Shown here in pieces: positions 1 through 10,722 of a stretch of 64,000 nt of DNA (position 1 is the first letter of the stretch; each line of letters opens with the position of its first letter). The notes below the pieces were generated by a model. That model saw only the letters and a program-made list of their open reading frames with translations. It was not told the origin of the DNA and searched no databases. The translations under genes and the position numbers were made by a program. This DNA comes from Myxococcales bacterium (GTDB lineage Bacteria; Myxococcota_A; Polyangia; Polyangiales; Polyangiaceae): contig JBEQTH010000065.1 of the NCBI GenBank assembly GCA_040348785.1, positions 19,461-83,460 on the forward strand, in the 5' to 3' direction.

Positions 1-295
1 CTCGCGAGCGCGGGGCATGGTGCTGCAATGGATGGCGCTGATCTCGACCCCGCGCAGGGCGCGAGCCACGGTCGCCGCTTGGCGCCGGCCGAGCGGCGTG
101 AGCTGACCAGTTTCGGCGTCGTACTGCCCGTGCCGAACGAGAATTAGTTTTCGCATCGGCCACAAGCTAGCCAATCGCAGCCCATCCGGATATCGCCCGT
201 ATACGCAGGAAGCCCGCGACTCCGCCGGCTCGCGACACGACGGAGATCCTGGAGAATTCTTGGCCCAGACTTGGCGTTCTGGTTACGGATAGCCA

Positions 296-1393
296 ATGGC
301 AACACTGCCCGAAGGAGCTACGGTGATGAAAGCCACGCGCGTTGGGGTCATTATGGGTGGTTCGTCCGCCGAGCGAGAGATTTCGATCCGTTCCGGCGAA
401 GCCGTGGTGAGCGCGCTCAGCGGGCTCGGCTACGACGTGACCCCGGTGGTGCTGGGCGCGGGCAGCGACGCCCTGAAGCAGCTCGGTGAGGCCGAGCTCG
501 ACGTGGCATTCCTCGCGCTTCACGGACGGCTGGGTGAAGACGGCTGCGTGCAAGGCGTGCTCGAGCTGCTCGGCATCCCGTACACGGGCTCGAACGTGCT
601 CAGCAGCGCGCTTGCCATGGATAAGATGAAGGCCAAAGAGCTGTTCCGCCTGCACAATGTGCCCACGCCGCCGTACTACGTGTTCAACGCCGAGCACGCC
701 GCTGCGGATCTGGAAGAAGTGCACGGCTCGTTCGGCTTTCCGGTGATCGTGAAGCCGCGCCGAGAGGGCTCGAGCATGGGTGTGGCGCGAGCCAACAATT
801 TCAGCGAGCTCGCGCAGGCCATCGAAGCGGCGCTCGGTTACGATTCGAGTGTGCTCGTCGAGCGCTTCATCGAGGCCAAGGAGGTCGCGGTTGGCATTCT
901 CGACGGCCGCGTGCTCGGGGCGATCGAGATCGCGCCGCACTCCGGTGTGTACGACTTTCACGCCAAGTACACGCCCGGCATGACCGACTACTTCATGCCT
1001 GCGCGCTTGCCCGCGGCTCGCTACCGCGGTGTGTTGAACCTGGCTGAGCGTGCAGCACAGGCGCTCGACACCAGCGGCGCGGTGCGAGTCGATCTGCTCG
1101 TCACCGAGGGCCAGAACGAATACGTGCTCGAGGTGAACACGTTGCCGGGCATGACCGAGACCAGCTTGCTTCCGAAGATCGCTGCGGCCGCGGGTTTCGG
1201 CTTTGCGGAGCTGTGCGAAGCGATCCTGGAGCGCGCCACGCTGCACACCGGGACGCCGCGGCGCACCGAGGCTGCATCCCAAGCTGGGCCGGCCGGAGCG
1301 GCCTACGCCGTCGATGCGGAAGAGCAGAGCATGGTTCGCAGCCGTCGCCGTCAGGGCGAGGGCGCACGCACGCAGCGATCACGCACGGCTTGA
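296..1393 (+). CDS. ddl: D-alanine--D-alanine ligase
   Basis: Motifs GGSSAEREIS, ALHGRLGEDG, KPRREGSS and LEVNTLPGMT of the ATP-grasp Ddl family. Confidence 0.95.
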   Translation: MATLPEGATVMKATRVGVIMGGSSAEREISIRSGEAVVSALSGLGYDVTPVVLGAGSDALKQLGEAELDVAFLALHGRLGEDGCVQGVLELLGIPYTGSNVLSSALAMDKMKAKELFRLHNVPTPPYYVFNAEHAAADLEEVHGSFGFPVIVKPRREGSSMGVARANNFSELAQAIEAALGYDSSVLVERFIEAKEVAVGILDGRVLGAIEIAPHSGVYDFHAKYTPGMTDYFMPARLPAARYRGVLNLAERAAQALDTSGAVRVDLLVTEGQNEYVLEVNTLPGMTETSLLPKIAAAAGFGFAELCEAILERATLHTGTPRRTEAASQAGPAGAAYAVDAEEQSMVRSRRRQGEGARTQRSRTA

Positions 1394-2022
1394 TTGTACG
1401 ATTGAGTCCAAGTCACGACCGTCTCGCGCGTGCTCTTGGGGGGCAGGAACACGTAGCGCGCAGCCTCGGCGCGTGAGCGCTCGGCTTGACCGGGGTTCAC
1501 TGCCAGACCGGCAATGCCGAGGCCGAAGCCGCCGAGCACGAGCCCGCCGCCCACGCCGGCCGCGGTGCCGTTGATCTTTTGGTTCTGCGTTACCGGATCG
1601 GTCTTGAATGCCGAGACGAAGAGCGCGGTGCCCACGCCGATCGCGATGATGCCAGCAGCGCCGAGGCCAGCCGCGGTCCAGGTCTTGGTGTCATAGTTGT
1701 GCGCGCGGGCGGCCTGCTCATCCACACTGGGCAATTGCTGGCGCATCGTGTCGGCGTGATCAGCGAGAGGCTCGGGACGCCGCGCGCCGACTTTGTACAG
1801 CGCTACCCCGTCGTCACGCGGCGTCGAACGCAGCCCTGTTTTCTCGATGAACTGCACGCGCGTGGGGGCGACCACGAGCCAGTCCGCTTGTTCGCAGGCA
1901 TCCCGGGCCGGACCGATCGGGGCGGGGAACTCACCGTCCAGGCGGGTCACGGTCGAAGCGCAGCCCAGCGTCAGGAAGATTAGGCTGCTGCAAACGAGTC
2001 TCATTCTCCAGCGAGTTATCAT
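1351..2022 (-). CDS. hypothetical lipoprotein/membrane protein
   Basis: Lipobox LTLGC and two hydrophobic Gly-rich segments; start may be 2004. Confidence 0.7.
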   Translation of the reverse strand: MITRWRMRLVCSSLIFLTLGCASTVTRLDGEFPAPIGPARDACEQADWLVVAPTRVQFIEKTGLRSTPRDDGVALYKVGARRPEPLADHADTMRQQLPSVDEQAARAHNYDTKTWTAAGLGAAGIIAIGVGTALFVSAFKTDPVTQNQKINGTAAGVGGGLVLGGFGLGIAGLAVNPGQAERSRAEAARYVFLPPKSTRETVVTWTQSYNQAVRDRCVRAPSP

Positions 2023-2088
2023 GCGGGCGGCGCGCAGTCACGGCCGGGCTCGACTCCGCGCCGAGTGAGCGTCTTGGGTTTGGTGGGG

Positions 2089-4542
2089 TCAGGGGCCGAG
2101 CATTGCCGCGACGGCCGCGGGTTCCTTGTAGCGCCGGAGGTTCGCCACCAGCTCTTCCCGAGCGGCCCAGGGCAACACGTTGCCGTGGGGGGTGGCGTAC
2201 TCGAGGTACAGGTTGCTGTCGGTCGATATCAACCGCTCGACCGGCTCACCGGCCTCCGCGGCTTGGTCACTCAAAAAGCGGTCGAGGCCGTCATCGCTGA
2301 TGAGCACGTCGTCCAGCAACTCGACGAGGTGACGAGCGTTGGGCACGCTGGGGATCGTCGCGGCCACCTGTGCGGTCTGTTCGAGCGCGTTGATGCGCGA
2401 CTCGGAGGCCACGAGCGGTGCATCGGACGCGACGAGGATCCCCTGGCCGCCGCCGTAGAAGAGGGTCACATGCGCAAATTGATGGCGCAGCGTGTTGAGC
2501 ACGGTCGCAAAGTCGCGCGGCCGAACATGGTGCAACTGCACCCATTGTTGGAACACGGCGCCCGGCTTCATGCGCTCGTGAATCAATCCGTAGAATTCCC
2601 GGCTGTACAAGCTAGCCGCGCCGGCGAACCAGATGCTCGACAGCTCCATGCTGATCAGGTCGTACTTCTGCTCTTGCACGAGCACGAAGTTGCGACCATC
2701 CGCGTGGTGGATGGTCACGCGAGGATCGTCGATGGCGCCCAGATTCGGGCCCTGAAAGTAGGTCTTGGCCGCGATCAGAATCGAGGGTGAAATCTCGGCT
2801 ACATCGATTTTTTTCCACGGGTAACCGGCCAGCGTGCCGAGCGTGGTGCCCGTACCGAGGCCGATCACGAGCAGGTCTCGATAGTCTTTGACGAACAGCG
2901 AGGGGTAGTGCGCGAAGTAGCGCTGGGCATTCATCTCCCAGCCGGTATTGCCCTGGAATTTACCGTTCGTGAGCAGCGTGCGCACGCCCTGCGTGTCGGT
3001 CACCGTGGTCACCCCGCCGTGCACGTCCTCGCGCATCATCAGGATTTTGTCGGGCGCGTGATAGCCGTCGAAGTACACGTTGATGCCACTGGTGAGCATG
3101 GCCAAGTCCCAACGCGGCGCGACGAGCGCGAGCAGCAGCGTCGCGGCGGCTCCCCCGTACACCACTTGGCGCTTGGCGGCGCTCGACCACCGCACCACGA
3201 GCAGCCCCGAAAGCGCAAAGCATAGCGCGATCGCCAAGAGCGAGCGCTGTGAGCCGAGCCAGGGCAAAATGACGTAGCCCGTGAGCAACGCGCCCAACAC
3301 CGCACCGAGCGTGTTGACCGCCGTGAGCCGGCCCACCCAGCGCCCGACATGCGCGTAGCGCGCCGCGCGCTGGAGCAGGAGCGGAAAGGTGAGGCCCATG
3401 AGCGTGGTGGGCACGAGCAACATCAAGAATGCCGCGATGCCGCGCGTGGCCTCGCGCGCGGCGAACGAAGTCAGTACCTCGCCCGTGTTGTCGAAAAAGT
3501 ACGGCAGCTTGTCCCACAGCGGCAGGCTCGCGGCCAACCCCAGCCCGCTCAATGCCAACCCGAGTGGGAGCGAGGCATCGCCGAGCTTGCGCTGTGCCCA
3601 AGATGCCCGCGAGGCCCCCAAAAACAAACAGCTCAGGAACGCCGCCAAGATCAAACCAAAGGCGTACGCGCTATTGCCGATGATCAGCGCGAGCAGGTGC
3701 GTGAACACCACCTCGGCCGCGAACACCAAGCACCCGGAGATGAACGCCAGCACGAACAGCGGGCGTTGCTCGACGAGCGCGGGCTCGCGCGCTCCAGCCT
3801 CGAGAGTAGGTGTCGCGCTGGTCGCAACCGTCATTCGCCCGCCGACGGACAGCGAGAGCACTGCGATCGATGCACTGCCCGCGGCAGAAGCGAACACCGT
3901 CCCGTCGACGCCCAGCGCCGGCAAAATCAGGTACGCCGCTGCGAGCGCGCCGAGCGCGCCGCCGAGCGTGTTGATCGCATACAGCGCGCCGAGCCGCCGC
4001 TCACGCAAGGCAGAAGCCTCGGGATCCGACTCGCCGGAGTCGAAGCTGCGCGACAGCAAGGGCAGGGTAGCGCCCATCGCCATCGTGGGAACGACGACCA
4101 ACCCGAGCGCCGTGAGCCAACGCAGCGCGCTGAGCGCGACCAACGAATTGGGCATGCTGCGCGCGAGACCGGCGTACAAAGGAGTGAGCACGTGAAACGC
4201 AACCGGCGTGACGGCGACGGCGAGCGCTACGATCAGCTCCAAAAAGCCGTAGGCGCGAAGTGGCCGCACGACGCGCAGCGACGCTTTGCCGCCCCAATGT
4301 GCGCCGATGGCCAGGCCGGTCATGAACGCCGCCAGCACCGCGCTCACCGCGTATGCGGTGGAGCCCACGATGTAGCTCAGGTACTTCGAGAAACAGAGCT
4401 GGTCGATGAGCCCGGTCGCGCCGGAGACCACGAACAACGCCAGCGTGAGCGCGTAAGGTGGGGCTTGCGCGCCGCTCGGCTCGGAGGAGCGGCTGTTTTC
4501 GGCGGTAGGATCAGGCGCCAGTGCTTCCAAGCGGCGCACCAT
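2089..4542 (-). CDS. fused membrane (MFS-like)/spermidine synthase-like SAM-dependent protein
   Basis: Repeated TM modules (LYAINTLGGALG, AVNTLGAVLG) plus C-terminal LVIGLGTG and DGRNFV motifs; ATG 4542 preferred over the 4671 ORF start. Confidence 0.85.
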   Translation of the reverse strand: MVRRLEALAPDPTAENSRSSEPSGAQAPPYALTLALFVVSGATGLIDQLCFSKYLSYIVGSTAYAVSAVLAAFMTGLAIGAHWGGKASLRVVRPLRAYGFLELIVALAVAVTPVAFHVLTPLYAGLARSMPNSLVALSALRWLTALGLVVVPTMAMGATLPLLSRSFDSGESDPEASALRERRLGALYAINTLGGALGALAAAYLILPALGVDGTVFASAAGSASIAVLSLSVGGRMTVATSATPTLEAGAREPALVEQRPLFVLAFISGCLVFAAEVVFTHLLALIIGNSAYAFGLILAAFLSCLFLGASRASWAQRKLGDASLPLGLALSGLGLAASLPLWDKLPYFFDNTGEVLTSFAAREATRGIAAFLMLLVPTTLMGLTFPLLLQRAARYAHVGRWVGRLTAVNTLGAVLGALLTGYVILPWLGSQRSLLAIALCFALSGLLVVRWSSAAKRQVVYGGAAATLLLALVAPRWDLAMLTSGINVYFDGYHAPDKILMMREDVHGGVTTVTDTQGVRTLLTNGKFQGNTGWEMNAQRYFAHYPSLFVKDYRDLLVIGLGTGTTLGTLAGYPWKKIDVAEISPSILIAAKTYFQGPNLGAIDDPRVTIHHADGRNFVLVQEQKYDLISMELSSIWFAGAASLYSREFYGLIHERMKPGAVFQQWVQLHHVRPRDFATVLNTLRHQFAHVTLFYGGGQGILVASDAPLVASESRINALEQTAQVAATIPSVPNARHLVELLDDVLISDDGLDRFLSDQAAEAGEPVERLISTDSNLYLEYATPHGNVLPWAAREELVANLRRYKEPAAVAAMLGP

Positions 4543-4649
4543 ATTGCGCCCGCGCCGAGATGGCGAGCTGATGACGAGTCTGTAGCGATCCCGCGGCAAA
4601 AGTGGGCGATTTAGCGTTCCCAGCCCCGAAATTGCAGTAACGTTCGAGC

Positions 4650-5156
4650 ATGTTCGGGCGCTGGCTATCAACGGAACGCAAACAAGAGCTCACCGGCGCC
4701 GAGGCGCTCGAAGCCGCCGTGCGCCGCGAGCTGCCGAACGCCGATCCCGAGACCATTCGAGTCGTGTCGGCGATGACTGGCCTCTTGGGTGCGGTGGCCT
4801 ACGCCGATCGCAACTTCTCGCAGGCCGAAGAAGAGCGCTTGCATATCGAGCTGACACGCATCCACGGCATGACCGCGATCGGCGCGCGCGCGATCGTCGC
4901 GACGCTGCGTCAACAACTGCTTGCCGTCACGAGCGTGGGGATCCCGCACTACTGCCGCGCGCTCCGCGAGCTGGGCGATCGTGAGCTGCGGGTCGAGGTG
5001 CTCGAGGCATTGGTCGGCCTGGCCGCGGCTGATGGCGTGATCGATCAAGCCGAAGTGAATTTGGTCCGTCAGGTGACGAGCTCGCTTGGCTTGAGCCAAG
5101 ACGATTACAACGCCGCGCAGGCGCGTCATCGCGACAAGCTTGCAGCGCTGCGTTGA
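4650..5156 (+). CDS. TerB/DjlA-N family protein
   Basis: AVAYAD...EE and LAAADGVIDQAE motifs. Confidence 0.8.
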   Translation: MFGRWLSTERKQELTGAEALEAAVRRELPNADPETIRVVSAMTGLLGAVAYADRNFSQAEEERLHIELTRIHGMTAIGARAIVATLRQQLLAVTSVGIPHYCRALRELGDRELRVEVLEALVGLAAADGVIDQAEVNLVRQVTSSLGLSQDDYNAAQARHRDKLAALR

Positions 5157-5234
5157 GTCACGCCGCTAGGCCGCCCCGACTTGTGTGGCTGAAATGCGCA
5201 GTGATCCCGGCTCTGGATCTGGCAGGCTGAGCGC

Positions 5235-6305
5235 ATGCCAGCGACAGCTTCCGTACGCCGTTTCGAGGGCAATCCGATCCTAGTGCCGAGTCAAATCACG
5301 CCCTCGCGCCCCGACTTCGAGGTCGTGGGCGTGTTCAACCCGGGTGCGATCCAAATCGGCGAAGAGACCGTGCTGTTGCTGCGCGTCGCCGAGGCGCCGC
5401 TCGCCGTCGCCGCCGCCGAGGTCGCCTCGCCGATCTACGACCCGATCTCGAAGCAAATCGAGATCCGCAAATGGTCGCGTGATACGCCCGGCCTGGACCT
5501 CAGCGATAGCCGGCTGATCAAGGTGGGGCGCGACATCACGCTCACGTCGATCTCGCATTTCCGACGCGCCCGCTCGCGCGACGGCTTTCATTTCGAGGTC
5601 GACGCTGTTCCGGCCTTCAGCGCCGAGCATGCGCTGGAAGCCTTCGGCGTCGAAGACCCGCGCATCACCCGGATCGACGACACGTATTGGGTCAACTACA
5701 CCGCGGTCTCTTGCGCCGGCATCACGACCGCGCTCGCTTCGAGCCGAGATTTGCTGCACTTCGAGCGTCACGGCATCATCTTTTCCCCGCCCAACCGCGA
5801 CGTCACGATCTTCCCGGAGAAGATCAACGGCCGCTACTGGGCCCTGCATCGTCCGATGCCCGAGGACATCGGCAGCCCAGCAATTTGGCTGGCCTCATCG
5901 CCCGACCTGTTTTCGTGGGGAGAGCACCGCTTGGTCGCGGCCGCGCGCCCGGGAAGGTGGGACGACCTCAAGGTCGGCGGCGGAGCCGTGCCCTTTCCGG
6001 TTCGAGTGCACGGCAAGCGCGCGTGGCTGGCCGTCTATCATGGCGTGACTGCGAGCCCGCTCACCTACTCGCTCGGGGCGTTGCTGCTCGATGGTGATGA
6101 CCCGGGACGCGTGGTCGGCCGATCGCGCGAACCAATTTTATTTCCCGAGGCACCGTACGAGCTGCAGGGGTTCTTCGCGAACGTCGCGTTCACCTGCGGC
6201 CTGATCGATGACGGAGACCGAGTGCGCATTTATTACGGCGCCTCGGATGGGGTGACTTGCGTCGCGGACCTATCGCTCGAGGGGATACTCGCCGGGCTGG
6301 AGTGA
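5235..6305 (+). CDS. glycoside hydrolase family 130 (mannoside phosphorylase-like)
   Basis: VFNPGA, GVEDPRIT, LHRP and IYYGASD motifs. Confidence 0.9.
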   Translation: MPATASVRRFEGNPILVPSQITPSRPDFEVVGVFNPGAIQIGEETVLLLRVAEAPLAVAAAEVASPIYDPISKQIEIRKWSRDTPGLDLSDSRLIKVGRDITLTSISHFRRARSRDGFHFEVDAVPAFSAEHALEAFGVEDPRITRIDDTYWVNYTAVSCAGITTALASSRDLLHFERHGIIFSPPNRDVTIFPEKINGRYWALHRPMPEDIGSPAIWLASSPDLFSWGEHRLVAAARPGRWDDLKVGGGAVPFPVRVHGKRAWLAVYHGVTASPLTYSLGALLLDGDDPGRVVGRSREPILFPEAPYELQGFFANVAFTCGLIDDGDRVRIYYGASDGVTCVADLSLEGILAGLE

Positions 6306-6313
6306 GGGCTGAG

Positions 6314-7057
6314 TCAGCGCGGCCCATGGTGCCCTGTCAGCACCTCAATCACGAACTCGAGCAAATCCTTGGCGAAGCTGCCGTGGTCGTCCCGGGTCGC
6401 GAGCGAGTCGAAGGCAAGCTTCGTGGACGCCACGCCGGCCAGCTCTCGCTCGTGGGCTTGTGCTTCGCGTTGCCGCTGCTGCTCGCGCGCGCGTTCGCGG
6501 ACGAGCCCGCCACTCTTCACGAAGGCGAGCACTTGCGGCAATTCGCCGGCGTCGAACCACGTGCCGTGGCGCGCGCACACATCCACGATCACGCCGCTCG
6601 CGCCGCCGAAGTTTTTGCGGTTCATCATTTGGCCGCAGGCGCTGCAGGGCCGGTAGTGGACGCGCTCGATCTGCGCTTTCGGCAGCGGCTTTTGATAGGG
6701 CGCGTCAGGGAACGCCTGCCCGGTGAGCTCGAGTCGCTCGAGCAGACTACGCAAGAGGGCGTGCTCCACGAATTGACCGCCGCACTTCTTGCAGTTGAGC
6801 AACGTGCCAGCAGGCTCCGTGATGGCCTCCAGCGGGGTGTGGCAGTCCGAGCACTGGCTCTCACGCAGAGCCGATTCGACGATCAGCCCGAGCTCTGCGC
6901 CGCAACCCGAGCAGTGGTGGGCGTGCGTCATGTTCATTTGAAAACAGCGACTGCAGCACACGGTGGCGATACCGGCGCCGCAGTAGCGGCAACTGAAGTC
7001 ACCGGCGTGCGCTGGGGCGCCGCACACGGAGCACTTGAACGTCGGGGCCTCGGCCAT
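6314..7057 (-). CDS. zinc-ribbon / zf-TFIIB domain protein
   Basis: Multiple CxxC pairs and VDVCARHGTWFDAGEL. Confidence 0.85.
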   Translation of the reverse strand: MAEAPTFKCSVCGAPAHAGDFSCRYCGAGIATVCCSRCFQMNMTHAHHCSGCGAELGLIVESALRESQCSDCHTPLEAITEPAGTLLNCKKCGGQFVEHALLRSLLERLELTGQAFPDAPYQKPLPKAQIERVHYRPCSACGQMMNRKNFGGASGVIVDVCARHGTWFDAGELPQVLAFVKSGGLVRERAREQQRQREAQAHERELAGVASTKLAFDSLATRDDHGSFAKDLLEFVIEVLTGHHGPR

Positions 7058-7278
7058 GACGCCGAAGGATAGCACTGCCCACACCACCGCGAGCTAGGCC
7101 CCGCGGTCGTGCGCGCTCGCGGCTTACTTCAGAACCTTTTCGAAGATTCGGTGGTACTCGAAGTTCGCCTTGTTGCGCTCGCTGCACTCGCCCTTGCCGC
7201 ACACTTGATCGCGCTGAATGTTGACTCGCGCAGTGAGTGTCCGACACTCACTGCGCGTGGCCCGACTCGCCTACATCA

Positions 7279-9639
7279 TCAGTTGACGGGGATGCACTTG
7301 CCTTGCACGCACAGCTCGCCCGCGTCGCAGTTGCCGCAGCTGTCGATCTTGTCGCCGCAGCCGTCTGCGGCCGGGCCGCATTCTTTCTTCAACGTGGCGC
7401 ACGTCTCGGGCACGCACTCTTGCGTGCCCTTGCCGCACTTGTTCGGGACCGGCGGGTTGCCGACGCCGCAGGCCTCACCCGTGGGGCACTTGCCGCACGA
7501 GATCAAGCCGCCGCAGCCGTCCGGCGCGTATCCGCAGTCAGCATTCGCGGGGCACTTGCCGGAAGGCACGCAGGCCTTCGGCGGAGGCACGCAGGAGCCG
7601 AGATCGAAGATCATGAACTCCAGCAGCTTCTCCTGCGGAGTCATGGCCTTGTTGTTACAGGCGCTCGGGAACACCAGATCCTTTTCGTCCGTGTTCGCGA
7701 CGTGGAAGTCGCTGAACAGCACGCGGCCACACTGGAGCGTGGGCGGATTGGTGGTCAGATCCTGGACCGTGTTGACCGGCGTGTTGAACGTGAAGTGCAA
7801 CGGCACCTGCTTACCCGTGTAGTCGAAGCCTTGGCAAGTGTTGGCCACGCAAGTTTGCGTGACGCACGAATTGCCGTTGCCGTTGCACTGGTTGTTGTTG
7901 GTGCAGGCTTGATTGGGACCGTTCTTGCAGACCTTGCCACCGGTGTTGCAATCGGCGTCCGCGGTGCAGGCCTGTGAGGTCTTTGCGCTACACACCTTGG
8001 CCGTGCAACCTGCGTCGCTCGTGCAAGCGTTCCCGGTCCTGTTGCAGGTCGTGTGCTTGTTTTCGCCATCGCGGTACAGCCATTGCTGGGTCTGACCGTC
8101 CACCGAAGAGATCGTATCCGCGTCGTGGCGCACCGTGTCGACCCTCGCGATGCCCGAGCCGGGCACCGAGGCGTTGACGGCCTCGAGCCAGCCTTGGAAC
8201 GCGGCGCCCTTGGGGTTGCTCACCAGATCGATGTGCCCGTCCGATTGGTCAGCGCGGTCGCCCTCATCGCGATGCCAAGTTGCAACTTCGCTCCAGTTGT
8301 CGGCCTTGCCCTTTTGAGCGGTGTTCTCGTCGTTGGTCGTTAGCCAGGAGTACGTGTAGTGAGTCGCAAACACGCGCCCACCCGCGGCGGCGTAGTTACG
8401 AAGTGCGGTGCGGTTCGCGGGGTCCTGAGCAAAGGCATCACCTTGGCAGGCCAAAATGGTCATGTCGTAGTCGTCGATGACCGGTTGGTTATTGGCCTTC
8501 TTGACGAACAATGCATCCTGCGACGGCGTGTTCATCGTGGAATCGATCACTTGCCCCCAATCGACGTTGCCGCGGTAGAACTGCACGCGGCCACCGCCGG
8601 AGGGTGTGGTGAACTCGCTGTCGTCGATACCCATCTTGCGCAGCACGCACTCGAGCGAGTCCACCTTACCGGTGACCATGGCCATCAGGGGGATGTTGCC
8701 TTGCGATTGCTTGCTAGGCATGAGGAACGTCTTGTCCGGGACTTTGTTCTCGTCACACGGCGTATCGATGTCGATCGTGAACACGCGGCGCCAGCGGCCA
8801 AGCTGAATCACGACCGTGACGCCCTTGGCCACGGGCACGTTCTTGAGCGTGAAGCTGCCGTCGACCCCGGTGTACGTACCGGCTTGGTCGCCTTCGGAGA
8901 GCAGCGGATCGCCGGCGGCGGTTGCGCCACACACGTCACAGGTGATGCCGGCGGGGAAAGACTTGAGGTTCGGGTCCTTGGGGTTGTTCGCGACGTACAC
9001 GAACACGTGATAGAGCGGGTTGTTGCCGGCGGGGTCATAGACCTTACCCGTCAGGGTAGTGGTCTTCTTCGCCTCTTTCGAGCAATCCGGGATGTCCTCG
9101 CAAGCGCCGGTGCAACCGCACTGCCCTTCCTTCGCTCCGCCGCCGCAGGTGTAGCCGAGGATGGGGCAAGTGGTGGGCCCGCAATCCAAGGTGCCGCCGC
9201 AGTCATCGCCCGCGAGACCGCAGGTGAAGCCGATGTCTTTGCACGTCTTGGGCGTGCAGCTCATGCAGTTGCCCGAGCACGCGCCAGCGTCGCCATTCGT
9301 GCCGGTGCCGCAACGGCTGGGGCCGTCTCCGCCGCAGAACTCACCCTTCTTCGTGCATTTGCCGCACTCGATGATCGTGTCGCACTTGGGGTCGGTGACC
9401 GCACCGCAATTGGCATTGAGCTCTTCACACGTCGAACACTGGGTGTTGCTGTCCCCGCCATCACCCACACCGATGACGAAACCAGCGCTTGCTGCCGTGC
9501 CATTGCCGCCACCCACGCCGTCCCCACCGTTGGCGTTGGGATCTGGGGGCGTGTTGATCACGGACGGGCTACCGCAGCCCGATGCGAGTGCGATCGTGCC
9601 GAATACGACGAAGACGAGTGTGCCGAGCCAAGTTCTCAT
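7279..9639 (-). CDS. Cys-rich myxobacterial lipoprotein with carboxypeptidase-regulatory-like domain
   Basis: Lipobox LASGC, CG..DGCG repeats at both ends, central LTGKVYDP/DGSFTLKNVP, CGRVLFSDFHV. Confidence 0.8.
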   Translation of the reverse strand: MRTWLGTLVFVVFGTIALASGCGSPSVINTPPDPNANGGDGVGGGNGTAASAGFVIGVGDGGDSNTQCSTCEELNANCGAVTDPKCDTIIECGKCTKKGEFCGGDGPSRCGTGTNGDAGACSGNCMSCTPKTCKDIGFTCGLAGDDCGGTLDCGPTTCPILGYTCGGGAKEGQCGCTGACEDIPDCSKEAKKTTTLTGKVYDPAGNNPLYHVFVYVANNPKDPNLKSFPAGITCDVCGATAAGDPLLSEGDQAGTYTGVDGSFTLKNVPVAKGVTVVIQLGRWRRVFTIDIDTPCDENKVPDKTFLMPSKQSQGNIPLMAMVTGKVDSLECVLRKMGIDDSEFTTPSGGGRVQFYRGNVDWGQVIDSTMNTPSQDALFVKKANNQPVIDDYDMTILACQGDAFAQDPANRTALRNYAAAGGRVFATHYTYSWLTTNDENTAQKGKADNWSEVATWHRDEGDRADQSDGHIDLVSNPKGAAFQGWLEAVNASVPGSGIARVDTVRHDADTISSVDGQTQQWLYRDGENKHTTCNRTGNACTSDAGCTAKVCSAKTSQACTADADCNTGGKVCKNGPNQACTNNNQCNGNGNSCVTQTCVANTCQGFDYTGKQVPLHFTFNTPVNTVQDLTTNPPTLQCGRVLFSDFHVANTDEKDLVFPSACNNKAMTPQEKLLEFMIFDLGSCVPPPKACVPSGKCPANADCGYAPDGCGGLISCGKCPTGEACGVGNPPVPNKCGKGTQECVPETCATLKKECGPAADGCGDKIDSCGNCDAGELCVQGKCIPVN

Positions 9640-10086
9640 GCGATGAATCCTCAAGCGGCTTTGGGCTACGCAAGCTTGCGCCGCGCCCTCAGCCAACAGT
9701 CCCACGAATAGTGCTCTGAAACGCGCGCTCCCGCAATTCATTCATGCGTTGTTTACGAGCGAGTGCAGGCCCCGGGTAAGTACGCGCTCGAGCTACATGT
9801 CGGCCGCGTGCGCGCGCGAAGTGCGCAATAAATGCACTAAGTCGTGCGCGGCGGTTCGCTGCTGTCAGCTATTTTCTTCAAGCGGCGCGCCGCGCAGTGA
9901 TCGCTTTCTTCGAAGAGCGACATTGGACCACGCGCGAGGAGCGCCGACGCCCGCGCGAGTCGGGCACGTGAGAATGCCGCGAACGCACGTCATCAGAGGC
10001 GCGCGAGGGAAACCATCTTGCCCGCTCTCCTAAAAACGCCGCGGTCTTGGCCGATTTTCAGCTGGGGTGGACGCGCCCGTGAACCG

Positions 10087-10656
10087 TTATTCGAACGCGC
10101 CCGCCGAACGCAGGTAGTCGGGTCCTGCGGCGTGGCACCCAACGCACACCGAGCTGCCAAGCGCGTCGGCATACACGCGATCGCTGGGGGTGCGCAGCGT
10201 GACCTCGTACCAATAGAAACCGTTCCCGTTGTCGCTGTCGCCCTGCACCTTGACCCATACCGACCAGCCAGTGAGTGAGCCATCCGCGGAGGCGGCTTCC
10301 TTGATCGTCGCCGCGCCAGCCGGAAAACGGGCTTGTTTCGCGGTTAGGGCGGCCGCGGCCTTCGGGCCATAAAAAACGCGTACACTTCCGCCGTGTGGGC
10401 CGGAGGAGACGTGATACCCCGGCTCCGCGTGCCAGGTCGTGTAGCCGCCAGCCATCAAGAACCGGAGTAGCTCGGCACTATTGTCGGGCGCATCGAGCAG
10501 CGGGGGATCATCGCTACCCGGACTACCGGCACCCGAATGGCCGGCGCTAGCGCTACCCATATCAGCGGCCGCAGGGCCAGACACGCCGTCCGAGCAAGCA
10601 CCCACCGAGAGCGCCAGGACCGCGATGCCCAGCGCATGCAGCGAGGAATGGTTCAC
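10087..10656 (-). CDS. cytochrome P460-like c-type cytochrome lipoprotein
   Basis: Lipobox VGAC, FPAGAATIKE, GFYWYE and a C-terminal CVGCH heme motif. Confidence 0.7.
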   Translation of the reverse strand: MNHSSLHALGIAVLALSVGACSDGVSGPAAADMGSASAGHSGAGSPGSDDPPLLDAPDNSAELLRFLMAGGYTTWHAEPGYHVSSGPHGGSVRVFYGPKAAAALTAKQARFPAGAATIKEAASADGSLTGWSVWVKVQGDSDNGNGFYWYEVTLRTPSDRVYADALGSSVCVGCHAAGPDYLRSAGAFE

Positions 10657-10722
10657 GCCTTTGCTACGTCGAGCGTCGGGGCCGGTTACCGAGCGCGGCG
10701 CAATCTACGGCTTGGCCCAGCT